DNA of 24,000 bases from Balneolales bacterium (GCA_022565805.1 JAIULZ010000048.1:2219-26218), one strand, 5' to 3'. Shown: positions 1-9,231, counted from the stretch's first letter. Translations and numbers: made by a program. Notes: generated by a model not told the origin, from the letters alone.

Positions 1-171
1 AACCTTCAGGAATTAGTTCATAAAATGGGCGTTCCTACACAGGAAGAGATCAAAGAGCTTACAAGTCAGGTAGAAAAACTGGTTAAAAAAGTTGATCAGC
101 TTTCTAAAAAAGTGGATCAGGCCGACAAAAAAGCCGATCAGGCTAAAGATGCGGCTAATACCACTAAGTAA
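1..171 (+). CDS. phasin-like (PHA-granule-associated type) protein, C-terminal fragment; 5' end lies outside the window
   Basis: Frame 1 is open from the window edge to TAA at 169-171. It reads NLQELVHKMGVPTQEEIKELTSQVEKLVKKVDQLSKKVDQADKKADQAKDAANTTK. The L..MGVPT.EEI..L...V..L helix resembles the conserved segment of phasin/PhaF-type proteins. The tail is Lys/Asp/Gln-rich and a strong terminator follows. The family call rests on recall of the motif only. Confidence 0.45.
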   Translation, partial: NLQELVHKMGVPTQEEIKELTSQVEKLVKKVDQLSKKVDQADKKADQAKDAANTTK

Positions 172-198
172 GCCTAACTATTGTACACCAAAATTAAA

Positions 199-241
199 GC
201 GGACCCCGGTTATGAATAAATCGGGTGTCCGCTTTTTTTTT
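199..241 (+). terminator. rho-independent terminator after the phasin-like gene
   Basis: GC-rich imperfect hairpin: GCGGACCCCGGT (199-210), loop, then ATCGGGTGTCCGC (220-232). A run of nine T (233-241) follows, 28 nt downstream of the stop codon. Confidence 0.8.
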
Positions 242-398
242 GACTATCAGTAAACCTGTTTTAGAGCAGGCATAAATTATATTTACCCCGCAACCCTGCT
301 ATGGGATATTTCAAGAACTACAGGGCTTAGATTACGCAGCCGCATTTCATCTCACTCAGCAATGGCTTTACTTTAACGCGTTCTAAATAAAGGCAATA

Positions 399-1826
399 CT
401 ATTTCACAGACATTTCTTCAAGTGTTTTGCCTTTTGTTTCATTCACGAACATATATACAAAGAAGAAAGCAACAATACCAAAGAAAGCATAAATTCCATA
501 AGACATACCCAGACCAATACCGGCCAGAAGAATCGGGAATGTGATGGTTATCAGAAAGTTACTGCCCCATTGCATTAAACCGCATACAGCAAGTGCTGCA
601 CCTCTAATCTGGTTCGGGAACATTTCACCCAGCATAACCCACATTATGGGGCCCCACGAAAATGCGAAAAATGCGATATACATATTCGCAGATATAAGCG
701 CATATATGCCTGTATTTCCTTCGAGCATTAAATTACCCGATTCGCTTACAGGTGCAGAAGCAAAGAAAAAAGCCAGGAAACCAAGCATAACCGCCTGACC
801 TACAGAGCCAACAAGCAAAAGCGGTTTGCGACCTACTTTATCAACCAGAGCAATTGCAACAAAAGTAAAACCAACATTTACCACACCCGAGATTACATTA
901 ACCAGTAATGCATCGCCCTCTGTAAAACCAGCGGCCTGCCACAGCGTTGCCCCATAGTAAAACACCACGTTAATGCCGGTAAACTGTTGCAAAACAGCTA
1001 GTCCCATACCAACCAAAAGAATCGGGTGAATTTTTCCTGTAACATTAGAAATAAGGTCTTTGAGGCCAGGCTTTGATTTAAGATTTAGTGTTGCTTTAAT
1101 TTCCGCAACTTTATCAGAGAAATCACCACCACCGGCCAAAGAAGAAAGCACATCTGCAGCTTCACTTTCTTTACCTGCTGCTACTAAAAAACGAGGAGAT
1201 TCCGGAATAAACATTAAGCCAATAAAAAACAACGAAGCCGGCACTATTTCCATCCAAAACATCCATTGCCAGGCCTGTGCACCGAGCCAAAACTCAGCCA
1301 TGGCCGTACCGGCCGTACCGGCAATTAGATAATTACTCAAAAAAGCAGCGAATAGACCTAATACAATCATAAGCTGCTGCAAACTTGCAAGCCGGCCTCT
1401 TATATTTGCAGGAGCAATTTCACTAATGTATGCAGGCGTAATTACGCTGGCAGCGCCAACAGCAGAACCACCTAGAATGCGGTACAAAACAAATTCGAAC
1501 GAACTTGAAGAAACCCCGGAACCCCATGCGCTAAGAATAAATGCGGCAGCAGTAGCAATCAGAACCGGTTTACGACCAAACTTGTCTGAAAGAGTTCCAG
1601 CAAAAAAAGCACCTGCAGCACAACCGAGTAGCATCGAAGCTACGTTAAAACCAGTACCAACGGCATCGGAGTTAAAAGTTTGTTGCAAGGCCTCAACGGT
1701 ACCATTAATAACGCCGCTGTCGAAACCAAATAAAAAGCCACCGAGAGCGGCAATCAGCGAAAGAAGAACAATCCTTGGTGTATTGTAGGATCCTGTATCT
1801 AAATTATTCTGATGCAAATTACCCAT
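399..1826 (-). CDS. MFS transporter, sugar-porter family (sugar/inositol:H+ symporter type)
   Basis: 475-aa ORF with about 12 hydrophobic segments. Sugar-porter signatures are present: LSDKFGRKPVL, PESPRFL, and the C-terminal ETKGKTLEEM motif. Confidence 0.9.
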   Translation of the reverse strand: MGNLHQNNLDTGSYNTPRIVLLSLIAALGGFLFGFDSGVINGTVEALQQTFNSDAVGTGFNVASMLLGCAAGAFFAGTLSDKFGRKPVLIATAAAFILSAWGSGVSSSSFEFVLYRILGGSAVGAASVITPAYISEIAPANIRGRLASLQQLMIVLGLFAAFLSNYLIAGTAGTAMAEFWLGAQAWQWMFWMEIVPASLFFIGLMFIPESPRFLVAAGKESEAADVLSSLAGGGDFSDKVAEIKATLNLKSKPGLKDLISNVTGKIHPILLVGMGLAVLQQFTGINVVFYYGATLWQAAGFTEGDALLVNVISGVVNVGFTFVAIALVDKVGRKPLLLVGSVGQAVMLGFLAFFFASAPVSESGNLMLEGNTGIYALISANMYIAFFAFSWGPIMWVMLGEMFPNQIRGAALAVCGLMQWGSNFLITITFPILLAGIGLGMSYGIYAFFGIVAFFFVYMFVNETKGKTLEEMSVK

Positions 1827-2206
1827 AGTATTCTATTTGTTACTTGTTAAATAGTGCCTTAATGATCAAAATACAGAATTTCCAAACTCTGCTGTTAAGG
1901 GCCCATTGAGTATATTCATTTCTTTTAAAATCACATGACCGTTTTTGCCTAAAACGACTGTGTTACTTTTGCTGGAAAACTACCGGAACGCCTTAAAAAG
2001 CATTACCTGTCTTTGGAATTGTCCCAGACTAAAACCACCAACCGTGAAGCCAGACCCCTTGGTTTCATTTATATGCTACTAGCAATAATTAAATCAAGTA
2101 CTGCTGTCTCGTTTTCGGAGCTATTATTTAAAACCCGACTTTTTACAAACCCTGTTTCCGGAAATCTTCAAAGTTATTTGTACACCCCCATGTAAAAAAT
2201 CCATTT

Positions 2207-2340
2207 TAGGTGGCTTTGATAACCTTTCTATTATGTTCGTATTCCCCCCCCTGAGCAAAAAACCACTGAATCTATAATCGTTGATTTCTTTTTTGCTTAA
2301 TGGCAGAAGGCGGGCAATATAGTGGTTTGGCAAAGCCTGC
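2207..2340 (+). repeat. copy A of a composite palindromic intergenic repeat (degenerate)
   Basis: The left arm taggtggctttgataacctttcta (2207-2230) and right arm agaaggcgggcaatatagtggtttggcaaagcctgc (2305-2340) match the arms of the 13296-13440 element. The spacer shares an 11/11 identity, tgttcgtattc (2234-2244 vs 13323-13333). Confidence 0.5.
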
Positions 2341-2719
2341 TTTTATTCATCGTGATAAAAAAGAACAGCAGCATTAACACATCACAACATTATTTGCTGT
2401 TCAACCGATAGAGTTAAAAACGGCTAACCGAATCAAAATCTAAAATTGCTAATGCTGTATGTTTGGTTTTACCAAAAATTGAATCTATGCATTATGATTG
2501 CACTTTCCAACAAACTCATTATTATCAAGATGGTTTTTTAATCAACGAAGGAAAGTTTCACCAGGCCCAAAACAAATTATTGAGTCGCAAAGCTTTTTTA
2601 CACATACTTGCTAACATGAAGTTAAATATGTATTGATCTAAATGATGGGTATATCTATTTCAATCATATTACCCCAGATCATATTGTCCTAGATTATCTT
2701 CTCAATTTACTCAGCTTTA

Positions 2720-3019
2720 TCAACTATTAATAGAACTACTGCTCCGTTTTCCGGCCTCGTTTCTTCGGTCTGCTAAATATTTTATGAGCCTTCCTGAGTA
2801 AATTACGGCAATAACACCCATCACAGCATAGGGATACCAATAAACTCCTCCATCCCTCTCGCTAATTGCGGCTTCCAGCATAATCATAAAAATTGTAGCT
2901 GCGCCTGCGTACTCAACCAAAAGCAGTTTTTTTTGAATTTTTTCGGGTATTTGGCGCAGGTATTTGCGGATGCTTAAGAAGGCAAGGTAAAGCAACCCGA
3001 TAAATAGTAAATAAATCAT
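2720..3019 (-). CDS. hypothetical small membrane protein
   Basis: 99-aa ORF lying 43 nt downstream of recR on the same strand. It has hydrophobic segments (MIYLLFIGLLYLAFL, AGAATIFMIMLEAAI, YAVMGVIAVIY) and a basic C-terminal tail. I recognise no family. Confidence 0.5.
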   Translation of the reverse strand: MIYLLFIGLLYLAFLSIRKYLRQIPEKIQKKLLLVEYAGAATIFMIMLEAAISERDGGVYWYPYAVMGVIAVIYSGRLIKYLADRRNEAGKRSSSSINS

Positions 3020-3061
3020 GCTGTTGGGTATTCGGCGATAATTCTTTTTCGCGTGTATATA

Positions 3062-3667
3062 TCAGAAAATATTACGGCCCAGAAATGCTTTACTGAGGGT
3101 AGCCTCGTCTATGTATTCAAGCTCTGTTCCCATTGGAATTCCGTGAGCTATCCGTGTAATTTTCACATCGAAGGGCTTCAGCATTTTGTTGATGTAGAAT
3201 GAGGTTGCTTCACCTTCCGCATCGGGGTTGAGCGCCAAAATAAGCTCCTCTACCGGGGGCTCGGAAGTGTTTACCCGGTTAACCAGCTCTTTTACCCTAA
3301 TTTCGTCTGGGCCAATACTGTCAAGCGGCGAAATTACGCCACCAAGCACATGATAAAGTCCTCTGAATTCATTCGTTTTTTCAATCACCATTACATCCCG
3401 TGAGTCTTCCACTACGCAAATAACATTCCTTTGACGCTTTTGAGATTTACAAATTGGGCAAGGGTCATGATCGGTTATTGTGAAACAAACAGAGCAGTAT
3501 CCTATTTTAACTTTAAGATCGGTTAGCGTTTGTGATAATAAAAATACGTCTTCATCTGATTGCTTTAGCAAATGCATAGCCAGGCGTTGAGCCGATTTAC
3601 GGCCCACACCAGGCAATTTAGCAAGCTGTTCTACAGCTCGCTCCAGCGTTTCTGAAGTAATTTGCAT
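3062..3667 (-). CDS. recR: recombination protein RecR
   Basis: 201 aa. It has the N-terminal helix-hairpin-helix LPGVGRKSAQRLA, the C4 zinc finger CSVCFTITDHDPCPIC, and a Toprim-like region (VCVVEDSRDV...). The dnaX-ybaB-recR synteny is classic. Confidence 0.95.
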   Translation of the reverse strand: MQITSETLERAVEQLAKLPGVGRKSAQRLAMHLLKQSDEDVFLLSQTLTDLKVKIGYCSVCFTITDHDPCPICKSQKRQRNVICVVEDSRDVMVIEKTNEFRGLYHVLGGVISPLDSIGPDEIRVKELVNRVNTSEPPVEELILALNPDAEGEATSFYINKMLKPFDVKITRIAHGIPMGTELEYIDEATLSKAFLGRNIF

Positions 3668-3682
3668 GTACTTATCGGTAAT

Positions 3683-4027
3683 CTATAGCCCGAATTTGCT
3701 TAAGTCCATACCCGGTAAACCTCCGCCCGGCAGCATATTTCGGGTTACTTCCTGCATTTTTTCGGCTGAGGCACGCTCTGCCTCTGCCAATGCTTTATTT
3801 ACACCGGCTATAAGTAAATCTTCGAGCATATCGGGGTCACTCGGGTCAATAATATCTTTTTCAAGTTTAATAGATACTATTTGCTTATTCCCGTTGGCGG
3901 TAACTTTTACCATTCCACCACCTACCTCAGATGTAATCTCGAGCTTACCAAGACTGTCTTTAGCAGCCTGCATTTTTTGCTGAAATTCGTTCATTTTGCC
4001 GAATAAGTCGGCCATATTCTGATCCAT
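3683..4027 (-). CDS. ybaB: YbaB/EbfC family nucleoid-associated DNA-binding protein
   Basis: 114 aa. Family-typical sequence: ...MNEFQQKMQAAKDSLGKLEITSEVGGGMVKVTANGNKQIVSIKLEKDIIDPSDPDMLEDLLIAGVNKAL. It sits between dnaX and recR. The start could be the Met 4 codons further in (MADLF). Confidence 0.9.
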   Translation of the reverse strand: MDQNMADLFGKMNEFQQKMQAAKDSLGKLEITSEVGGGMVKVTANGNKQIVSIKLEKDIIDPSDPDMLEDLLIAGVNKALAEAERASAEKMQEVTRNMLPGGGLPGMDLSKFGL

Positions 4028-4135
4028 AATTACGTAGTTTTATTTTGTGGGCTTTCGGTTAATCTTTTTTTAGTTTGTTTAAAACTTATGCTCAGGTAGC
4101 TGATATTCTTAACGCAAGTACATTCCTGCTCATTT

Positions 4136-6241
4136 CTACCATTCCAGCTCTGCTCCAAAAGTTTCGACAATAGTTCTGATTCTGGGATCTTTTTCCTGAA
4201 GTTGCCGAAACCTTTCATAAGGATCGGATGCTATTTGTTCCTGTTCTGTCTGAAGCCGAACCGAGCAATTTATTTTTAATCGTTTTCCTACATAAGATTC
4301 AAGTGATTCGCTTAACTGCTTTTCGTGTTCTTCTATAAGCTTGGCAACGAAAAGATCGTTGCATTCCAGCTTTAAATTCCTTCCGCTCAGCTCAACGGGC
4401 TTGGTACTTTCCATCGAAATTCTGACCATAGAGGGTACAGGTTCGCGTAAACCTGTTACATATTTTTGCCAAACAGATACCACCTGATTAAGATAAATTC
4501 TGGCCGAATTTTTCCCTTCAGCATTTTGTCCCGCTTTTACATTTAAAGAATTATGCGTGCTCTTTTGATCAAAAATGGCGTTTTCCGGTGGCAAATCGGC
4601 GAGTTTTTCTGCCGTTTTTGCGGGGGGTAATGCGGCTACTGCTGTATCCTCGCCCTTGGCTATTATATCCGATTGAGTTTTACCATATTCCGGGGTATTT
4701 CCGTTAGAAACTGCGGTGGGTTCAGTAGCTGTTTCAGAATGAAGGCTTTTTGCGGTCTTGGGTTCATCTGAAGAAGAAAGCCCTTTAAAACCCGTTGTTC
4801 CATATTTGGTATCAATGGTTTTAGCAGCCTGTTTTTGGGGAATATCTTCTGCCGTAAGTCGCTTTGGCTTTCGCTTTAGCGGTGTTCCGGAACCTGGTCT
4901 GCTAAACGTGCTGCCTGCAGATGGTCGTTCGGTTTTGGCTTGAGTAAAACCTTCGTCTTGAACCTGAATTGTACGGGGCTGTTTTCCCTCAATTTCCGAA
5001 TTAATTTCATCTTTTACGGTAACAGAATCTGCCGGAACACGGGTTGAAACGCTCATTCCTGAGGAGTGAGCATCGACCCTTTTATTGACCAGGTTTTTTT
5101 TTTCATCTTTAAAAGATGAGTTTCCAAGTGCCTGCTTGAGCTCCTCTATTTCGGCAAACAGTTTGTTGAGCCCATCAGACTTCTCCATTTTAATGAGCTT
5201 CAAAGCCGTTATTTCCAATAATATTTTGGGCTGATGCGCCTCGCGAATTCTAAACTGAGCTTCATGCACAATGTGCAACATTCGCATTAGATCGTCTTCC
5301 GAAAACGCTTGAGCAAGCTCATATAGCTTTTCTTTAACATCCTTGCTGGTTTCAACCGCATAGTGATTGCGTTTATCGCGAGCTAGCAACAAATTGCGAA
5401 AGTGTTCGGTAAGTGCAATCAAAAATTCCTGAATATCATGACCTTCCTGAAGCAGGTCTGATATAAGTTTGATACCCTTTACAGCATCCGATTCGAGAAT
5501 ATGTCTCGTTAAATGAAAAAGACGGTCGAGACTAACTGCATTAAATGCTTTAAGCAAGTTGGTGTATGTTATGTCTGTACCACAAAGCGCAATAACCTGA
5601 TCCAGAATACCAAGTGCATCTCTTAAGGCTCCATCTGCCTTCCTTGCAATCATATGCAGGGATTCTTCATCTATGCGAATGTCTTCCTTAGTACAAATTT
5701 CCTGCAAGCGTTGCACAATTTCGGCTACTGAAATCGGCTTAAAATCAAATCTCTGAACCCTGGATAAAATAGTTGGCAGTACTTTATGGGGTTCGGTTGT
5801 TGCAAAAATAAAAATGGCGTATGCCGGAGGTTCTTCCAGTGTTTTAAGCAGCGCGTTAAACGCCGCTTTTGTAAGCATATGAACCTCATCTATAATAAAA
5901 ATCTTGTATCGCCCGCTTTGAGGTGGAACACGAACCGCATCCCGAATTCGATGAGCATCTTCTACCTTATTATTAGAGGCAGCATCGATTTCAATAATAT
6001 TGAGCGTTTGATTTAATGCCTCTCCATCAATATCTGCTCCTATATCATTTATTTTACGAGCCAGCACTCTTGCCATTGTGGTTTTGCCTACCCCTCTGGG
6101 TCCGCAAAATAAATAAGCATGGTTTAGCCTGTTACCTTCTATTGCGTTGAGTAAGGTTTGGCTTACATGTTCTTGCGAGACAATATCGCTGAAGGAAACC
6201 GGCCTGTATTTACGTGTAAGTGCTTTATACTGCTCAGACAT
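4136..6241 (-). CDS. dnaX: DNA polymerase III subunit tau (full-length dnaX product)
   Basis: 701 aa. AAA+ clamp-loader motifs are present: Walker A GPRGVGKTT, Walker B IFIIDEVHML, sensor/SRC SRVQRF. A low-complexity linker follows, then a C-terminal DnaX domain. Confidence 0.95.
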   Translation of the reverse strand: MSEQYKALTRKYRPVSFSDIVSQEHVSQTLLNAIEGNRLNHAYLFCGPRGVGKTTMARVLARKINDIGADIDGEALNQTLNIIEIDAASNNKVEDAHRIRDAVRVPPQSGRYKIFIIDEVHMLTKAAFNALLKTLEEPPAYAIFIFATTEPHKVLPTILSRVQRFDFKPISVAEIVQRLQEICTKEDIRIDEESLHMIARKADGALRDALGILDQVIALCGTDITYTNLLKAFNAVSLDRLFHLTRHILESDAVKGIKLISDLLQEGHDIQEFLIALTEHFRNLLLARDKRNHYAVETSKDVKEKLYELAQAFSEDDLMRMLHIVHEAQFRIREAHQPKILLEITALKLIKMEKSDGLNKLFAEIEELKQALGNSSFKDEKKNLVNKRVDAHSSGMSVSTRVPADSVTVKDEINSEIEGKQPRTIQVQDEGFTQAKTERPSAGSTFSRPGSGTPLKRKPKRLTAEDIPQKQAAKTIDTKYGTTGFKGLSSSDEPKTAKSLHSETATEPTAVSNGNTPEYGKTQSDIIAKGEDTAVAALPPAKTAEKLADLPPENAIFDQKSTHNSLNVKAGQNAEGKNSARIYLNQVVSVWQKYVTGLREPVPSMVRISMESTKPVELSGRNLKLECNDLFVAKLIEEHEKQLSESLESYVGKRLKINCSVRLQTEQEQIASDPYERFRQLQEKDPRIRTIVETFGAELEW
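5094..5103 (-). promoter_or_regulatory. putative recoding site in dnaX (A10 slippery tract; ribosomal -1 frameshift or transcriptional slippage)
   Basis: The minus strand reads GAT GAA AAA AAA AAC CTG GTC AAT AAA at codons 379-387. The -1 frame (or one extra A) gives K-P-G-Q-stop. The +1 frame (or one fewer A) gives 13 codons and then TGA. The tract lies just after the end of the conserved clamp-loader core. Confidence 0.4.
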
Positions 6242-6515
6242 GGAATGGTTTTCAGATAGTTTTTTTGGTTTTGCGAATGAAGTTTAAGGTACCAATTTTT
6301 GAGCGCAATTTTAAGCGTCCGAATTCCCTTGAACTGTGTCACTAATTTTAAACAGTAATTTTACACGAATCATTTTGGAACTTGGCCGGCTTTTCAACTG
6401 TACGACACGAAAACACACTTTTATCAATTGAAACGATTTTGCAAAATTTATTCTTTCTTTTAGTGTATGTAGCTAAACTTTTATTTCAGATTTAAACAAA
6501 CAAAGGTACAATCTC

Positions 6516-6686
6516 ATGTTTTGGATTTATTTTTTTTCTGCCTTACTCATCATTTTACTAATTGTTCTTACTGCCATATACAAATATTCTCTCCATGAAG
6601 ATCCACGGGCAGATATGAAAAATAAAGTTGTATTGCCTACCGATTATGATGGTATGGGTACTTACAGCCGATATATAGGGAAGTAA
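6516..6686 (+). CDS. possible small membrane protein (56 aa), hypothetical
   Basis: ATG at 6516 to TAA at 6684-6686 gives MFWIYFFSALLIILLIVLTAIYKYSLHEDPRADMKNKVVLPTDYDGMGTYSRYIGK, with one clear N-terminal TM helix. It is below the 60-aa cutoff of the ORF track and convergent with the S9 peptidase gene. There is no homology evidence. Confidence 0.3.
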   Translation: MFWIYFFSALLIILLIVLTAIYKYSLHEDPRADMKNKVVLPTDYDGMGTYSRYIGK

Positions 6687-6706
6687 ATCCTATATTCTCC
6701 CATCAG

Positions 6707-8899
6707 TTATTCATCTCCGGGGATTAAGTGTGTTCGGAAAAAACGAAGTATTCTGTAATATTGATCGTACCAGGATTCTGGCAGTACATAACCGTGTCGC
6801 TCAGAAGGGTAGAACATGGTCTCAAAGTTTGTATTACCACTTCTAATCAGCCTGTCTATGTACTGAGCCGCATCCTGAAACCCAACATTATCATCTATCA
6901 GGCCATGTAAGATTATAGCCGGTCGCGACAGGCTATCTGCAAACGTAATAGGAGACGAGCGTTCGTAGTGAACCGGGTTTTCGATTGGGTCTCCAAGTCT
7001 TGGCCGTGTATAACCGGGGTTTGCATGAAAATAGTTTCTCCAGTCTGTTACTGCACGCAGTGCAGCACCGGCGTGAAACATTTCCGGCTTATGAGAAAGC
7101 GCGTAAAGAGCCATAAATCCACCATAGCTTCCTCCGTAAATTCCTACCTTGCTCATATCGAGATAGCCTCTGTTTTCATCTAAATAGCGCAATCCATCGG
7201 CAATATCTTCCAGTTCAAAACGGCCCATCCAGTTGGTAACATCCTCCCGAAACTTCCGACCATAGCCTGTACTATGCCTGTAATCTACTTCTACTACTAC
7301 AAAACCTTCGCGGTTTAAAAGTTGATGGAACATATATTCGCGGGCATAACTAACCGACCATCCCTGAAAAACATTTTGAAGAGAGCCTGCCCCATGAACA
7401 AAAACTACCACTGGATACTGCCTGCCCTCCACAAAATTATGAGGCTTTAATACATCCATCGAAATTCTTGTTTCTCCATCCCGGCCTGTGAAACGTATAT
7501 ATTCTGGTTTTTGCCAGTCAATTTCTTTAAAACGCTCCGGTATGCTTTGCGTAAGACGCTGTTCTCTGTCGGGCCGGCGTATATCAAGCAGAAAAATATC
7601 TGCGGGTTCATTCCATGTCGTGCGCATATAGCTAATGTAGCGCCTGTCTGGGCTTAATCTAAAATCATACCGGTACGCTTCTGTATTTGTTAATCGCGTA
7701 GTACTTCTGGTATTAATATTAATGGTAAACAAATCGCGTAATCCGGGATCTCTGCTTGTTGAAGAAAAAACCAGCGTATTGGCACCTGACCATCTCACCC
7801 AATCTACTTCGGCATCACCACCACTTGTTAGCCTGGTAAGTCGCGACCCGTCTCCTCTGGCTGTGTAAATTTGATTAAAGCCACTTTCTTCTGAGGTAAA
7901 ATAAAGCGTGTTACCTTCCGGGGAAAAACCAGCCATCATAAGAGGCGGGTATATCCATCCATCTGTAATCTCGCTAAACACCGTTAGTTCGGTACGTTCA
8001 GCAAGGTTATACAGTTTTACAGACCTTTCCTTCATAGCATGATCTGTTGTATCCAGCAGGAAAAACTGGCCATCGGCACTCATATCTGCATTAAGCACGT
8101 AGGCATCACCCGAAAACAACTCACGAAAAGCATCATCTCCATCTCTGGATTGCAAATCTAAAGATTTAATCGTTATATGAGGCTGCCCTCTCATAGATCC
8201 GCCGGGCTTCACAAATTCCGGCACATATTCCGGGAAAAAGATTTCTTTATAATGTGAAGTATCGGTCTGCTGAAGGATAAGGTATCGGTTATTGAGGCCC
8301 CATGCCCGAACCATATAAGAAGGTTCACCCTCTTTTTTTTGTGCATGCTGCCTAACCTCGGCATTTTCAAGATGCATCGACCAAACGTCGCCGTCTCGGG
8401 AAAATGCAATTTTACGGCTGTTTGAAGACCAAACTGGTCGTCCACTCAGGTTTCCTGAAGAAAATAGTGTTCTACGTCCCGAACCATCCATATTAGCCAC
8501 TATCAGCGAATTGTTTTCTATAAACGCTATGGCTGAACGGTTTGGTGCAACGACAGCCCTGGCCAGAATAGCAGCCTCTTCTTCCAAAGGCTCGACAAGC
8601 TGCCCACTAAGATCTACCCGGTATGGTCCGGTATTCTGGTAGCTGGAGTCGTTCCAGGTAAAATGCAGATGATTCCCAATCGGGCTGTAACCGCTTATAG
8701 ATGGCCTTACCCCGGGTAGCATTGGCTCATGAAAAATAGTTCGCAGCTGCAGTGTATCAAGGCCTGTATACGTTGTTTGCTGGGCTCTAAGATCTGTTGT
8801 GCAAAATACAGACACCATAAAATAGAATGCCGCGATTATCCATTTGCCAGAATTTCGGGCTATACCCACTGTGAACATATTCATGATATACATTTGCAA
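6707..8899 (-). CDS. S9 family serine peptidase (prolyl oligopeptidase/DPP-type) with N-terminal beta-propeller region, secreted
   Basis: 730 aa with an N-terminal signal-like segment (WIIAAFYFMVSVFCTTDLRAQ). The C-terminal alpha/beta-hydrolase domain has the nucleophile elbow GIYGGSYGGFMA, plus Asp (HGLIDDNV) and His (SERHGY) candidates for the triad. Several alternative Met starts lie within the first 8 codons. Confidence 0.9.
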   Translation of the reverse strand: MQMYIMNMFTVGIARNSGKWIIAAFYFMVSVFCTTDLRAQQTTYTGLDTLQLRTIFHEPMLPGVRPSISGYSPIGNHLHFTWNDSSYQNTGPYRVDLSGQLVEPLEEEAAILARAVVAPNRSAIAFIENNSLIVANMDGSGRRTLFSSGNLSGRPVWSSNSRKIAFSRDGDVWSMHLENAEVRQHAQKKEGEPSYMVRAWGLNNRYLILQQTDTSHYKEIFFPEYVPEFVKPGGSMRGQPHITIKSLDLQSRDGDDAFRELFSGDAYVLNADMSADGQFFLLDTTDHAMKERSVKLYNLAERTELTVFSEITDGWIYPPLMMAGFSPEGNTLYFTSEESGFNQIYTARGDGSRLTRLTSGGDAEVDWVRWSGANTLVFSSTSRDPGLRDLFTININTRSTTRLTNTEAYRYDFRLSPDRRYISYMRTTWNEPADIFLLDIRRPDREQRLTQSIPERFKEIDWQKPEYIRFTGRDGETRISMDVLKPHNFVEGRQYPVVVFVHGAGSLQNVFQGWSVSYAREYMFHQLLNREGFVVVEVDYRHSTGYGRKFREDVTNWMGRFELEDIADGLRYLDENRGYLDMSKVGIYGGSYGGFMALYALSHKPEMFHAGAALRAVTDWRNYFHANPGYTRPRLGDPIENPVHYERSSPITFADSLSRPAIILHGLIDDNVGFQDAAQYIDRLIRSGNTNFETMFYPSERHGYVLPESWYDQYYRILRFFRTHLIPGDE

Positions 8900-9231
8900 T
8901 AGAATAATTTAAATACGTTTACTACTAATTTGGTACAGTATAATTTAAAATTGCAGGGTTTAGGCTACTCCGATTAATCTCTAATTCGAAATTTATGCCT
9001 TCAAGCGTAAAATTTTGCATCATAAAAACAGCCATTTACCTTCATTAAGCTTCGACTCTTCGTGACCTCGTGGTTCAAATATGACTTTTCGGAGCGGGCT
9101 CAGGGTTTAAATACCGAACCGGCTTTTGTGGAAGTTTCGGCGTAATTTCGTGCATCTTTGATAACAGAATTCTGAACACTCACTCTTTCATCTTCCGTAA
9201 AATCCGTATTCTTTTGATACCGAGCCTAAAT

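Noticed and set aside
541-1788. Three plus-strand ORFs (541-798, 1060-1332, 1426-1788)
   Set aside because: They are antisense to the MFS transporter. The translations are Ala/Pro/Ser-rich and match no family I recognise.
2013-2333. Tracked ORFs 2013-2195 (+) and 2124-2333 (-); likewise 13285-13470 (-) and 14156-14365 (-)
   Set aside because: They run through copies of the palindromic repeat, or through the long hairpin. The apparent shared peptide motifs (IEGF.KP / IEGGQ) arise because the palindrome reads similarly on both strands. The copies are in opposite orientations, so no consistent protein is encoded.
2487-2636. 49-codon ORF MHYDCTFQQTHYYQDGFLINEGKFHQAQNKLLSRKAFLHILANMKLNMY
   Set aside because: I recognise no family, it has no hydrophobic or signal features, and it lies in an AT-rich gap. 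The evidence is insufficient to call it a gene.
3666-4218. ORFs 3666-3983 (+) and 4030-4218 (-)
   Set aside because: The first is antisense to ybaB. The second spans the dnaX-ybaB spacer and overlaps the dnaX 3' end out of frame, and the supported genes explain the region.
6242-6480. Looked for an SRP (4.5S/scRNA) gene upstream of dnaX, as in the Bacillus scr-dnaX arrangement
   Set aside because: The minus-strand sequence lacks the conserved SRP domain IV motif (no ...GGUCAGGUCCGGAAGGAAGCAGCC...-like sequence).
6673-6695. Hairpin ATATAGG-gaagtaaat-CCTATAT between the small ORF and the S9 peptidase stop
   Set aside because: It is AT-rich with only 7 bp of stem, has no U-tract on either strand, and overlaps the end of the candidate small ORF. 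It is too weak to call a terminator.
9050-9090. tRNA-like T-loop string ggttcaaat
   Set aside because: The surrounding sequence cannot form acceptor, D or anticodon arms, and no CCA-proximal acceptor complement is present.
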